A stretch of 64,000 nt of DNA from Zancudomyces culisetae HAW-14-8. Lineage: Eukaryota > Fungi > Kickxellomycota. This document shows positions 10,914 through 23,599 of this stretch, piece after piece. The stretch covers positions 930,001 to 994,000 of the forward strand of contig JBNJNM010000013.1 in assembly GCA_052426225.1 (NCBI GenBank). Reading direction: 5' to 3'. Both the position numbers and the translations under genes were made by a program. Numbering within the stretch: the stretch's first letter is position 1; the number at the start of each line of letters is the position of its first letter. The notes under the pieces are model-generated. The model ran no database searches and was not told the origin of the DNA. It saw only the letters and a list, made by a program, of their open reading frames with translations.

Positions 10914-13900
10914 ATGTCTTTAAAGGTAAGATTTTCTCTTTTTTTGTTTCCATGAATTTGAGATATTATGCAAATGCACCACGTGTGAGAGAAAAAAGCA
11001 AACACAACCCATGGATTGTGGTATATCAGGTATTGAAAGATGTGGTTACTGAATTCACATAGGAGGAAATCGAGCAGTGGGTCAAGGCAGTTGAGGCATA
11101 TGACGCAGGCGATTACGATTCGTCTCTTAATCACTTTGCTGTAAGTTTTTATTTTTTATTTTTTGAAGAAAGCTAATTTGATATTTAGCTCGAACTTTCT
11201 TGAAAAAGAACACATGTTTATTAAGATCGCCATGTTGACAGATAACTTTGAGTATTATAAAAATGGATTTATTAGTTCAAATTGGAAACTAATTGGTATA
11301 AATAAATATATACCAAATAGAAAATTGCCGATTCCGCAAAAATATATTTTAACATGGGATTGATTCTTGCACGTAAAGGCGATCAAGAAGGAGCGGTAAG
11401 TTTGACATGTGCCATTAAAACTTTGTAGCACTAATTATTGCAGCGGTATTGCATGCACAACCTGATTGGATATTTTATTTATATATTGTAAACTGAACCA
11501 AACCCGCAACCATATAAATGCAAAATTTAGGTGAAAGCATATTCAACAGCAATAGAGCTAGATCGTTATCTTGCAGTGGCATTTTTCCAAAGGGGTGTAG
11601 CAAAAATGGTACTACAACAAAATGATGGTGCTCTAGATGACTTTAATGGCTGTCTCAATGTAAGAAGCAACAGTCTTATTTTTTGAGTAGTTCTACATGT
11701 ATTATTGTCTTAGATATTCGATAAAAGGTTAAACTGTGTTTTAAATTTGAACAACACTAGAATATGCGAGGAAACGAGTTCATTGACTATTCACAGATCG
11801 GACTTGACTACAAAATACACGCGTGTGAGGTATTATACAATAGAGCACTTTGTTATTTTTGCTTGGGTAAAAACTCTGAAGCAATAAGAGACTTAGAAAC
11901 TGCACAAAAGCAAAAATCGAAAGACCGCCACAAATGGATCGATAGAGCATTGGATTCGAATGGAGTGGTAAGAATCCCTCGATTATTTCATAGATATGAT
12001 TTCCACCACTATCTATTTTGTTCTATTTTTTTTAAAAAAGAGTAGAGACATCAAAGAAAAAAAAAACGACCTTTATAAAATACTTTTTATGCGTTTAGGA
12101 TTGTCCACTATTCTGTGTGCCTAAGGGGTTGCTATATAGACCTTCTAACATCAAGATTGAAAGCACGAAAAAGGTAGAGTATTTAGGAAATGCAAAAGTA
12201 ATAGCTGCAGCAGATGGATCGGATCGGACTGTTGGGTTTAAAGGCGCTCTTGAAAGAATGGTAATGCTTATCATATAGTACCTCTACTTGTTTTAATAAA
12301 AAATGAATTTTTTTCATATGTTGAGTATATAGTGTACATTACAATACGCTTTTAATACGTTTAAAGTATAGTTTAAAGTGCTTCCGAAAGGAAAAACTAA
12401 CAAACTGAAAAATATTTAAATAGGCTACGCAAAAGGCAATGAGTAGAAAGGACGAATTCAATATTAAAGAGTCTGAATTGAAACGAAGCCAGTCATCTAG
12501 AGCTGCACACTACAGAGCGGGTGAAGCAACTAGGCTTAAGGCACAAGACCTATTATCTGCGGCTCAAAATAAAACCGAGAACCCCCAGACCAGTCCGAGT
12601 GCAGTTGCACAAAACATCACCGAACAAGCTCCATATTCAGGCACAATGAACCAAGACCAGATTGCTAATGAAGCCAACACGGGCGCTGATTCAAATGCTG
12701 TTAGTTCAGTAGAAGCTAGAGAAAAACAAGCGCAGGTATCCGAAAAAGGAAACGTAACACAAGAAGGCGAAGGTACAGGAATATCCGATCCATTAGAGAT
12801 AATACGTGCTGGGTTAGTTAGGCGCGTCACGCTGAAAAATGCCACACAACAGCAACAACAACAGCAACAGCAGCAGCAACAAAGTCCTATTACACCTATG
12901 GAAAGTCCCCAAGCTTCCAAAGCGGAAGGACTTACCTCTGGAACCCGTGCTCAGCCAGTGAACATGAACATGCAGACACCAGAAACAATTCGTGGAGCCG
13001 CGCATTCACCTGTTCTTGGCGCTAGCGCCAAAGTTCGCCGGAACAAGACCGAGGGTAGTCACGGATATCATGAATACACAGCTGAAACAGGCCACGATAA
13101 TATAATGGCGGCTGGTGGTCACCAAAGACAACAGGATATGTTTAGCAGTAGAGCCAACGAATCAGGATACATTCAATCTCACCAAGCTTCCACACCAGTG
13201 AATAGATCTAATGCTGGCGCAGAAGTCACATCTAGGTCGGCTCAGCACAGGGCCAACATGACTTCTCCACAACCTCACTTGGAGTCTTCTCAGCCCTCTA
13301 GTGTTGTAAATGCAAATACTGATGTATATATGGGCCAGTCTGCTTCCCAATCATATGGAAGTAGTTCGGCGCATCACACCGCTCAAAAGGTTGCCAGCAC
13401 TGTACAGGAATCAAGAACTGCTACTACTGCTACTGCTGCTACTTCTAACATTTATAACGAAAACATGACTCAAGGAAATACCGATTCCAACGTATATTAT
13501 CAGCCTTCAACACCCCAACAACATATCGAGAATATCTCATCTCCTAATATTACTCGAAACCGCACACTTTCTCCTATAATGCCCGCAAATACTAACCTCC
13601 ACATGCTTCATGATGGCACCATGGCTGCTGTTCACACTGAGGAGGTAATGAGACGTAGGCCAACTCTCAAGGGAATGATGAAGGTTAAGGTTCATTTTGG
13701 TGATGAAATATACAATGTCGTTGCTCCAGAGCGGGTTGATTTTGGTCATCTCCTCTCTTTGGTTAACGGAAAACTCTCCAAAGCAACTGGTGCCTTTCCT
13801 CTTGCCGCTGGCTCAAATCCAAACCCCGTTAAAATAAGATATATGGATGAAGATAACGAGCTTGTACTGATGACTGATAATGACGACCTGGAATTGGCGA

Positions 13901-13977
13901 AAGCATATGCTGGTGGTGATATTTCTTCTCCAGAATCTAATATTATTGATAGACTAGAGCTTTGGTGCTCACTTTAA
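10914..13977 (+). CDS. noxR: NADPH oxidase regulator NoxR (p67phox-like; TPRs, activation domain, C-terminal PB1), ~738 aa. Exons 10914-10925, 11063-11140, 11321-11395, 11531-11659, 11761-11967, 12099-12260, 12424-13977
   Basis: Spliced product MSLKEEIEQWVKAVEAYD...DSAKIYFNMG...DRYLAVAFFQRG...RGNEFIDYSQIGLDYKIHACEVLYNRAL...KKVEYLGNAKVIA. PB1 motifs MKVKVHF and YMDEDNELVLMTDNDDL. All introns are GT-AG and keep the frame. Confidence 0.92.
12847..12882 (+). repeat. CAA/CAG polyglutamine tract (Q12) in NoxR
   Basis: caacagcaacaacaacagcaacagcagcagcaacaa. Confidence 0.9.
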
Positions 13978-14582
13978 CTTTATTCACACCTCTCTCCTTC
14001 ACCTCTTTCTTTTCTTTTTTTCTCCTTTTCTTCTTCCCTTTTCTATTTAGTTTTTTACCCATTTAACCTCCCACCCCCCTCCAATCAAATTTTGCTCTGT
14101 TATGTTTTATTCTCTTGTTGGCTTTTCTTCTTTATCACTATTTACATTCTTTATGGTTTTCCTTTCTTTCACTATATACATATTTATAATTTTATAATTT
14201 TTAGTCTTTGTTTATGCTGACGAAAAGATATCAAGCATACACATTAGCTTGCCTGTAAAATAATGCTTTAATGAAAATAAACATGACTTTTCTCAACACC
14301 AGTTAGTTTATTAAAACAAACCTTTTATGTTTGATTTTAGTAAATCTATGTGTTTACCATTTACCAATATTGAAATTATATGTATATATATGAAAGATGC
14401 CAAATATATAGGGCAAACACATTAACTTTAAATAATTAGATAGGGTATATAAGAGATGATATAACGTAAATTGAAAAGTATATAGTTAATAATTGTAGTA
14501 AGAGTAAGAATAATAAACAATTTAATATGTATAAAAGGGGATTAGTGTATATTTGATTAGGAAGAGGGGTAGAAGTCAATGG

Positions 14583-15731
14583 TTAACAAAAAGTACCACT
14601 GCTATTTAAGCTTCCATAGTTTCTGTAGTAGCCATTGTGCCTTTCTTTGTTGAAGTTGGCATACAGATTTTCATCAGAAAATGCTGTGATTGTGGATATC
14701 GTGTCATAGCGGTTCTCTTCAAAGCTTCCTGATGAACTATAAGGCATACCATAACCTGTATTTTGCATTGGGTCTACTCCATATCTGTAGTCGTGTCTAT
14801 CATTCATATATACTCCTTTAAACGGTGATACATTTCTACGTGCACACAGAGTTTGTTGATTTCCATAGTAATATCCACCTTGATTTAAAGTGTTGAGAGA
14901 TGTCGAGCTACCCAAAACACTATTGTGTTGGTTATTGAACAGCATACTCCTAGGACTTGCCCGCATTCTCGGGGATTCCTTCCTTGTAGCTTTCTTGGAC
15001 TCAGCTATACATGAAAATACTTCATTTGCAAATCCATCCAGTAGATCGCTGCTAGACTCCTCTTGGACTACAGGTTTGGGTGTAGGTTTAGGTTTAGGTT
15101 TTTCTTTTACTGCGGATGGTTTATCGTCAAACGAGAGTGAGAGTTTAAACTCGACTTTTTTTTCTTCTGGCTTAGCCTGGGGTTCACCAGATAATGTGCA
15201 TCCATTCAAGACAACTTGTTGCTGCAGTTTGTGGGCATAAGATTTATGTATAATCTTTTTTTCCTCTTCTTCCTCACCCTCTCCTATGTTTCTTTGAGAA
15301 CCATTTTTTCTATTTGTCATACTCCCTAGTTTATAGTTTTCAATTACATCATATTCGTCAGAGGGTCGTATTACACTGTTGGTAAAATTTCTATTGTATT
15401 GTGTATTCCCAACATTTTGAGATGTTCTAAGATTGCTAGGTTGGTATTGTTGTATCTGTGGTTGGTTATATTGATGCAAGTTTTGTCTTAGATTTGTATG
15501 TAGGTGATCTTGTGATCTAACGCCTCTTAGCCCAGAGATAGAGCTCATACTTGCATTTGCTGTCTGAATGTTGGCGGCAGCCATTCTCAAGTGTTGGAAG
15601 TTGTTATACGTGCTATTACGGTTGTGTTCTGGTACAACCATACCCATGTTTTGTGGTGCTCCAAAATACACCGAACCCCACCTCTGTTCGCTATTAGCCA
15701 TTCCTCCACCATATTCCCGATATTGATTCAT
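14583..15731 (-). CDS. Hypothetical, likely disordered N/Q/S/Y-rich protein (382 aa)
   Basis: Long ATG-initiated ORF in AT-rich DNA with UTR-like flanks; no recognisable domain. Confidence 0.75.
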   Translation of the reverse strand: MNQYREYGGGMANSEQRWGSVYFGAPQNMGMVVPEHNRNSTYNNFQHLRMAAANIQTANASMSSISGLRGVRSQDHLHTNLRQNLHQYNQPQIQQYQPSNLRTSQNVGNTQYNRNFTNSVIRPSDEYDVIENYKLGSMTNRKNGSQRNIGEGEEEEEKKIIHKSYAHKLQQQVVLNGCTLSGEPQAKPEEKKVEFKLSLSFDDKPSAVKEKPKPKPTPKPVVQEESSSDLLDGFANEVFSCIAESKKATRKESPRMRASPRSMLFNNQHNSVLGSSTSLNTLNQGGYYYGNQQTLCARRNVSPFKGVYMNDRHDYRYGVDPMQNTGYGMPYSSSGSFEENRYDTISTITAFSDENLYANFNKERHNGYYRNYGSLNSSGTFC

Positions 15732-17035
15732 TTTAGTTTGTGTATGGTACTTTTATTTTTTTTACTGGTGGTTTTAGGGTGATTGCTGGTGTGTTAGTGT
15801 ATATATTCTTAATAATGTTGTGTATTATGTATTTTGTAGGTCAGTAACTCTATAAATTTTGATAAGGTGTGATAATTAATATTACAAAAGGGATGTGTGA
15901 TATACCGGCTCTAAATCTTCGAAAGATGAAGGATGTGTCTTATGTATATGAGTTTCAAAGGGAATCTACCGTTGCACGATAACTTAAGGATCTATACTTT
16001 TCAGGTTTTTTAACGTACTTTATACCGGTTTATATTTAGAAAAATAATGAAAAAGCGAATATATCTAAACCTTCTATAATTACTTTAACAATCAAGCAAG
16101 TACAATGTATCGTAAATAATGCATACTCGCATTTTATTATTTTTATTTTTATAGAAACTATTTTCTAAATAACCTCTTATTTAACCCGCTACATTTGAAT
16201 GTTCACAGTTTTTAGCTTTTCTTTGGGTTCAAAAAATGCCTATATAGCTAGCCTTGTGTAAAAAATAATAATAAAAGGTGATAGATAACAGCCTGCAATA
16301 ATCCGAATGATATTAATTTTATTTTTCCGTGCAGTAGTTGACAACGGATTTAATCAACATGTCTCAGCTCCCGTTCAATCACTCTGGATTTTTTAAAACA
16401 AAATGTGTATTTTATGTCGCAAGCTCTCCACAAATAATAATAAAAATAGTAATAACAGACAATTACACTTTTGGGCGTTACAGGTTAAGCGATAGATTTT
16501 TTTTGGTTGATTTGCGTATCAAGTCGAGAGTATGAACCGAAGCGAGTTGGTAATTAAGTCTAACACTGAAGTTCACCTACAAGCTCACAATGGTGCAAAT
16601 GGCTTACATTTTCCTCATTTTTCCTCTGGTTCATGATCATTATTTTTTTTTTGTTGATTGAACTATAGTAAAAAAAAAAGCTGAGCGATAATGAAAAACA
16701 CATACTTGTATACGGAAACACAAAAGATACGAGGGCTTTAGACCTTGGAATGGCATAATGGCATTCATTGTTCCATACACCTTGCAGTAATGAGATTCAT
16801 TCCAATTTACTGAGCATTATTCACCAAACAATGGAGATACATCATGAATAATGGGAAAATGCTTGCGTATTAGCTTTTAATGTTTTTCAGCTTTTGAATT
16901 TCGGTAATTAGCTCCAGCTTATCGATACGAGTCGTGCACAAACGCCCCAACTTAGGACTAACACAAGGAATTGATATTTGAGCTGTGGAAAATTAAAAAG
17001 TATCAAATTTTTTCGGCTTAATTCAATTTAACTCA

Positions 17036-17165
17036 CCCTAACCCTAGCCCTAACCTGATGCCCAATTTTTAGCACATTATTCCCATTTTCACTCTCACTT
17101 TGACTCCCACTCCCACTTCCGCTCCTACACCCACTCCCGCACCCACACACACGCTCATTCCTACT
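17036..17165 (+). repeat. Telomere-like CCCTAACCCTAGCCCTAACC followed by a degenerate (ACTCCC)n hexamer array
   Basis: Direct reading at 17036-17055 and ~17091-17165. Confidence 0.7.
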
Positions 17166-19277
17166 ACAGCATTTGTCATCGCCTTACACTTCTTGTAAAT
17201 ATGTATACAAAAATTATTGGTATTCTTTAATCTGCTTTGACAACGTTGCTCGATCCCACAAAAAAAATCGAGGAGAGTGCCTAAAAATGATACTTTTTTT
17301 TTTGTAAACGGCGGATTTATTCGGTATCCGCTTTGGCCTTTATCCTTCAAAAATAAATTCATTGTTAATTTTAGGCACTTTTGCTAGATGTCTGATTTTG
17401 CCGCAACTTTTTTTCCCTCCAATTAACGCTTGAAAGTGTTTTTTTTTGCAATGCACAGAACCCAATTAGGGACTGCGCTGATTAAAAATAGATTGCTATT
17501 TATTTTTAGTGGATACCCAACTTTGGAGTGCACAGCATTTAATAGGATTAGTATAGGCCATTACTGAGATAGTTGTGCTATAAAATTCCACCGCTCGCTT
17601 TTTTATTTTTTGAAGGGATAGAAGGGATGGGGGAGGGGTAAAAAACAGAGATTAAATCAAAATGTAAAAGTAACCACATATGAATCCAGTGTCGTCTCGA
17701 GATATACAGTGATGCCGTTTTGTTCTCTTTTTACTCGAAAATAGACCGATCAACATGTCGTCTAATTGAATTTTGTGTTTTTTTAGTTTTTGCTATGGGA
17801 TATTATAACCAAGAATAAGCTAAATACAGCACATTATTTAGATATCACTTTTTAGAACGCTAAAAAACTCAGTAGCGCATCTATTAGATGTTTATGGGTG
17901 GGGGAAGGAGGAAAGGAGCAAATGATTTTCTTGATAAAACATGTATCTTTGATATTTTAGAGTGTCGGTGTCTTTAATACCCGAATATCCTTAAATAAAT
18001 AAATAACTAAATAAAAACACTATTATCTGAATGAAAGATGTGTTAAAACACATGATTATGAATAAACGTGTCAAGAGATGAGCTTGAATTGATTTTCAGA
18101 CTCGTACTTAAAAAGCAGATATGGTTAGTAAAATGCTGTTTAATTTTACTAGGCACTCCCCTGTAAAACATCTTTATGAGTATTCAATATAGTCATCAGT
18201 TACATTAACTAGTAGTCAGAAAGTAGAATCAAATATTTAATATGTGGCTATATTCATCGGTATCACTTGAATACAGCGTTATGTTATCTGGTGCCACCAA
18301 AGCTGCAATATTATGTACATGTATATGTATATTTCCAATAATAAATTGCAATAAGGTGTTATATTTCTGTGTTTTGTAATTTAGTTAAGCGCATGGTTTT
18401 ATCTATATGTTTTTCCAAAGGTTGAGTGGCTGTTTTATAGCAAACTTCAAAAACAACGGTAATACAGCGAGTATGCTTCTATTTAAAAGTCGAAAGCACC
18501 ACGTCAATCAAACTCGTTTGCTCATAGTTTGCTCTATTTAATCACCAGATCATAAAATCCTGTATACAGTTGAATAAAACTATTAAGGGTCCAAAAATAG
18601 GACAAAATTACCAAAAGCGAAAATAAGAGTAAGCAGCTGAGGGATATGAAAATTAAAGTAGAGCAAGGTTTTGTGATGTTCTCATGGCCAATGTGATTTG
18701 CTTATTAGCGTATTTCATAATATTCTAGATTGCCACAATTTTCGGCTATTTCTATAAAGTAAATATAAAAAGCGCCAAATGATACAAATGAAATGTGGTC
18801 CCAGCCTGCCAATCGTGGACCGAGGTTTCGTTTGCCGTTCTTTTTTTGCTTTTTTTGAAATGCATGTTCAAAACACGTTGCTGAAATTTAATGTAACTAG
18901 ACCTGCCACCTTGAATTATTACATACTAAACCGATCAAGGCGAGGATTAAATCTTGACAACAAAGATCCTAAGAGAACCAAGGATTTTGCAGCTAACTTA
19001 GCAACTAAGGCAGTATATATAACCGAGCTAAAGGCGCAAAATAAAAATTACAACTTATCTCATACACCTTCTTTTGTCCGCATAATAGAGACTGAGTTAG
19101 TTTAGACACAAATTCAGCTCAAAATATGTTCTAAAGGTATAGAAAACAAAGGGTAGTATTTATAAGTAGATAGCAACCAAACGGGAACAAAATAAATTCG
19201 AAAGCGGTGTGAAAACAAACAAGAGAAATGAAAGTGTACCAAGTAGTTTCACAAATTTCGAGAAAAATATAGAAGAT

Positions 19278-22200
19278 ATGACCGAACCCATTAGGACGCG
19301 TACCGATTTAGAAAGTGGACGACCAAAAGCAAAAGCGAATGATAAAATTCGATCGACTGGCAGTTCTCAAAAGAAAAATACCATGTTTACGAATAAAATG
19401 GACGAAGCAACCAGCAAAAATGACAAAAAGCACATTGTTGGCGGAATCAGCCCTTTAATAAGTGAAATACATCAAAATGACACCACAGCTTCGACTTTTT
19501 TGAATTCACAAGCAGATACGAAAAGTTGTGTGGCTAGTGACCTTACTAAAAGCCAAAAAATTTCTAGAGCGGATCGGACAAAGAATGTTGATACCCATTT
19601 AAATGTTGGGAAGCGAACGGAGAATGTTTTAGCTATATTAACAGCAACAGCGACAATGGATCAGCGAGTTACACGATCCTCATCATATCGTGGCCACAGA
19701 TCTAAAAAGAAGCACGAATTTGTAGATGAGGAAAGAACAAGGCGGGGCGTAAGTTCGGGATATATAAGCGAGGGATATCGGGAGCCGGATATCACACAGA
19801 ATAAAAGCACACATGTGGCCGAAACGACAAATATATTTGACGATAGAGAGCTAGATAAACTGAGGCGATGGATAACGGCCATAGCCACCGTTAGTTTTGA
19901 CGAAGATACAGGCCCTGAGCTGAGACAAGTTACTCCAATGATGGATTTGAGCGAGAGTGAGCGACAGACAATAGGATTTTCTAGCATGCCTGACTCTTCC
20001 GTAAACGAGCTATACGATTCTGTTTATTCCTTCCGATTTAGGGTAGATTATAAGCGTCTGATGTTAAAGGAAGAAACAAGCTTTTTATACGCGTATTCAT
20101 TTTTTCGCCAGCGGAGGGATCCACTCACAAGGAGGGGAGGGATGCAGGAGGCAATAGTAATAATAACGCAACATGAGCTGAATGGGCTCTATTTGCGGAT
20201 GGCTGAGGTTCTGGGTCATGAATATTTCGAAAATGGTGGAGATGTTATCAAACAAGCCCTTCAGAATATTATAGGATGGCCTCAGCCTATGGAAGGGGAA
20301 GTGATGAATTTGCATTTTTTAAATAATATGCTGAAAGTTGCCATGCCAATCAACAACAGCTTACAAATTCTCGAAACTAGTGGGTTTTCACTAAAAAGGT
20401 ACAATCCAAGTGAGCACATACTTGCAGGGACTATTACTGGAGAGCTACTTAGAAACTTTAGAAGTAATATCAGGGATCTCTGGGCGTGTTGGGAGGTGAT
20501 GATTTTGGGTGAGTCATTGGTGGTGTTTGCTGACTCTCCGCCTCGATGTAGCGAGGTGGTTTACGGATTGATAGACTTGATCTATCCAATAAAGTACTGT
20601 GGGGATTACCGACCATACTTTACTATACAGGATCCAGATTTTTGGTCATTAGTTTCATCAAAAAGAGTTCCCACCAACACCATCCTCGGTGTTACTAATC
20701 CCCTGTTCAAAGAACCACTAAAGCACTGGCCGAACATTCTAATTCTGGAGTCAGCATTTCGGATACGGCGAATTAACACACAGACAAACATATTTTCAGG
20801 ACTTTCACAAGGAAATCTTCACACCCGAGGACTTAAGCTAAATAATTTGGGCGGCACCTCAGGAAATTCTGCGAAAACATCTGAGTCTGGGCTCAGAACG
20901 AAGCGTAAGGTGTTGGTGACGCCCGAAAAGGAGTTTTTAGCCTCTATTGAAGCCGATATTTTGTACAATTACAAACCACCATGGGTAATCAGTAACAGGC
21001 TTAGACGACACTTTACCGAGCTCACAGAGCAGTTCCTTACCCCCCTGAATAGATACTTTTCGGCACTCATCCCACCGATTTCAAGTGATTTTATCACTAT
21101 ACTTTCGTCGCACAATCACAATGTATTATATTTTGAGGTAACACCGCCTTTGATAAAACCATGGAAGAGTAGTAACTTTTTTGAATCATTGTCTGAACAT
21201 GGCCTTCCTGTCGGACTAATCGGAAAACCTACAGCCGTTAAATCAGCTAGCGCTGCTGCTTCTGCATTTGCGGCAGCAATCTTTAGCAAAGCCACAGCTC
21301 CAAAGCAAACCTCAACTTCGAATTTAGGCAGTGCAGTTTTAGATCTTGGTGATGGTAGACTCGACCCGAGATCTAATTCTGGGACAGCTACTGACTCTTC
21401 TTTATCTTGGTCAGGTACTCGAAAAAAGCACGGGAATGGAGGTTTATTCACTATTAGCGATGAATGGATTTCCCTTTACAGCAAGTTCATTAGTTGTGGT
21501 AACTTCGCCACATGGTTATCCCGACGTACAACTGAGGCACAAGACGAAATTTGGAAGCGTTACTTTACAAATATAGCCAACTATGACTTTGATAAGTATC
21601 TCTACTTTACAGGTCATGTTTCGCTGGTTCATCTTGTTGATTTTGTTTTATGCACCACACAGGAGCTTCAAATCAGCGATGGCTCAGATCAACACAACAT
21701 GATGTCCGAACCTTTAAGTGATGTATCCTTTAGAAATCATGAACAGCCATTAGCCTTCACAGCAAAAGGAGCACCTCTCAATCGTGAAAGCCCAGACATG
21801 TTTACCACTAGAAACTCGACTAGTAGGAACGTATCCTTTGAAGCCAAATACTCGAAGGTATCTAGAAATCGCTCTCATAGCTCAGCTATACATGGTATAA
21901 AAAAGCCAACGCACGGGTACATGAACAACGAGCCGCATAAACCACTAGTTTCACGCCACAACAATCTGTTAACCGTTCCTTTGGCCTCTCCAGTGCCAAC
22001 TCATCCGCTTATGAAGGCTAGCTCTGACCAAAGATCCAGCTCAGCAACTAGCCTTTATCGCAGTAATTACGGATATTCGCCATCATTGAACGGTTCTGAC
22101 CCTCTTATCCACCACCCCGAAACGATAAGCTCACAGAAGGCGATTTTGGGAAGCCATGGTATGGTGGTTGGTTTTGTGACAAGCAAAAGTACCACATCGA

Positions 22201-22919
22201 TGCATAGCTACAAGGAACAGCACAAAAACTCTGCACCCCCGCAAATAAATCGCACTTCTCACAGCTTTAACGAAAAAAACACGGTTTTCCGGAGAGGTGT
22301 TGCTAAAAGCGAAGCCAGTACTAGAGGTTCTGGCTCTCCTTCTTTAGATATATTAGGTTCAGATTTAGCACACACTTCACGGGTATCTTCACGCTCACCT
22401 CATCCATCGAGTAGCAATCTAGTTTCCCTGGAAGCTAGTGCTCGTAAACAAGGAAATCTGCCTTTCCAGAAAAGGTGCTTACGTTCTGAAAAAGAGATTT
22501 TATTGTTAGCTAACTTTTTGGCAAGTATTTTAAAGTGTCGTGAACGGAATGGTAATATTAATACAAGCTCATGCAATGAGCTTTGTGATGCTACTTCTGC
22601 GTTAAGAGATGGGATATCTGCTTTGCCTTCCAGAAGACAACACTCAGGGGATAGCGGAGAAGCGAACACCAACTTTTCAGTGGATAATTCCACGTATCAG
22701 CATGAGACTGGGAAATCTTTTAATAATTTGGGTACTGGAAGCAAAAAGAGCTGCGAAAATCCGAGTTGTTCCTTGTCTACCTTCTTTCAATCGATCCAAC
22801 AGCATCGTCTGTGTCTAGCTGATAACACAAAGATGAAGATTTCTCGTCAATTAGAACATATATGTGGGTTTTTACCCAGCTCTTTGTCATCTGGTTTTCA
22901 CCGCTATTACATTCATTAA
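19278..22919 (+). CDS. DENND6 (FAM116)-like DENN-domain Rab GEF, ~1213 aa (first ATG 19278; the ORF track starts at GTG 19209)
   Basis: Motifs SMPDS...YSFRFR, WEVMILGESLVVFADSP..CSE, PIKYCGDYRPYFTIQD, LRRHFTELTEQFLTPLNRY and LYSKFISCGNFATWL match the DENND6 family. Confidence 0.85.
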   Translation: MTEPIRTRTDLESGRPKAKANDKIRSTGSSQKKNTMFTNKMDEATSKNDKKHIVGGISPLISEIHQNDTTASTFLNSQADTKSCVASDLTKSQKISRADRTKNVDTHLNVGKRTENVLAILTATATMDQRVTRSSSYRGHRSKKKHEFVDEERTRRGVSSGYISEGYREPDITQNKSTHVAETTNIFDDRELDKLRRWITAIATVSFDEDTGPELRQVTPMMDLSESERQTIGFSSMPDSSVNELYDSVYSFRFRVDYKRLMLKEETSFLYAYSFFRQRRDPLTRRGGMQEAIVIITQHELNGLYLRMAEVLGHEYFENGGDVIKQALQNIIGWPQPMEGEVMNLHFLNNMLKVAMPINNSLQILETSGFSLKRYNPSEHILAGTITGELLRNFRSNIRDLWACWEVMILGESLVVFADSPPRCSEVVYGLIDLIYPIKYCGDYRPYFTIQDPDFWSLVSSKRVPTNTILGVTNPLFKEPLKHWPNILILESAFRIRRINTQTNIFSGLSQGNLHTRGLKLNNLGGTSGNSAKTSESGLRTKRKVLVTPEKEFLASIEADILYNYKPPWVISNRLRRHFTELTEQFLTPLNRYFSALIPPISSDFITILSSHNHNVLYFEVTPPLIKPWKSSNFFESLSEHGLPVGLIGKPTAVKSASAAASAFAAAIFSKATAPKQTSTSNLGSAVLDLGDGRLDPRSNSGTATDSSLSWSGTRKKHGNGGLFTISDEWISLYSKFISCGNFATWLSRRTTEAQDEIWKRYFTNIANYDFDKYLYFTGHVSLVHLVDFVLCTTQELQISDGSDQHNMMSEPLSDVSFRNHEQPLAFTAKGAPLNRESPDMFTTRNSTSRNVSFEAKYSKVSRNRSHSSAIHGIKKPTHGYMNNEPHKPLVSRHNNLLTVPLASPVPTHPLMKASSDQRSSSATSLYRSNYGYSPSLNGSDPLIHHPETISSQKAILGSHGMVVGFVTSKSTTSMHSYKEQHKNSAPPQINRTSHSFNEKNTVFRRGVAKSEASTRGSGSPSLDILGSDLAHTSRVSSRSPHPSSSNLVSLEASARKQGNLPFQKRCLRSEKEILLLANFLASILKCRERNGNINTSSCNELCDATSALRDGISALPSRRQHSGDSGEANTNFSVDNSTYQHETGKSFNNLGTGSKKSCENPSCSLSTFFQSIQQHRLCLADNTKMKISRQLEHICGFLPSSLSSGFHRYYIH

Positions 22920-23599
22920 CATTTCCACCCTACACCCTACACCCTCCAGTTTCTCTTTTTACTTTGTTTTGTTTGTCCATATACCTAACCTTCTCTCCTG
23001 TTCCTTTTTTTACGATTTAGAAACGAATGGAAAAAAGATTATAAAAAGTCAAATTTGGATTGTGGTAATCCTGTGGTAATTGATATTGGTATATTCATTA
23101 GCCTCCCCCCACTGTTATATTTTTATGGGTTTATGTGTAGCAAGCCCAAATTTTATTAACTGGTTTAAGCAAGATTTAAGGGTAATTTACTCATTTCTAA
23201 AATATGATAGAACAAGGCCATAAAAAGGGCGACTTTTAATAGAAAATTGTCCCGAACATTTATTGTGTATCTTGATCGGTCTGAGGGTATTTGATGTCAG
23301 TTTATCATTAAACGCTATCCCTTCAGATTCTATGACTCCTTTTCTGGTAGAAACACTTCAGAAAAAAAGTGTAAAAATTGATTCTAACAACAGATACATT
23401 GAAGGTAGAACCATTAGCAAAGCAGATGTAGGTCATGTGTAACTAGATAATTATGGTTCTTTAGAGTCGCTACAGCTCGCCACATTTTTTATTTTTATTT
23501 TTTCCTTTCAAAAGATATTCTTAAGCTTTTACTAGATTTATACACTGATCTCATTCATAATTTTAAACTAAAATAAGGATGCGGCTCTAGATGTCACTG

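Noticed and set aside
18779-19105. 108-aa ORF upstream of DENND6
   Set aside because: No family features and no convincing splice link to DENND6; probably promoter or 5'UTR.
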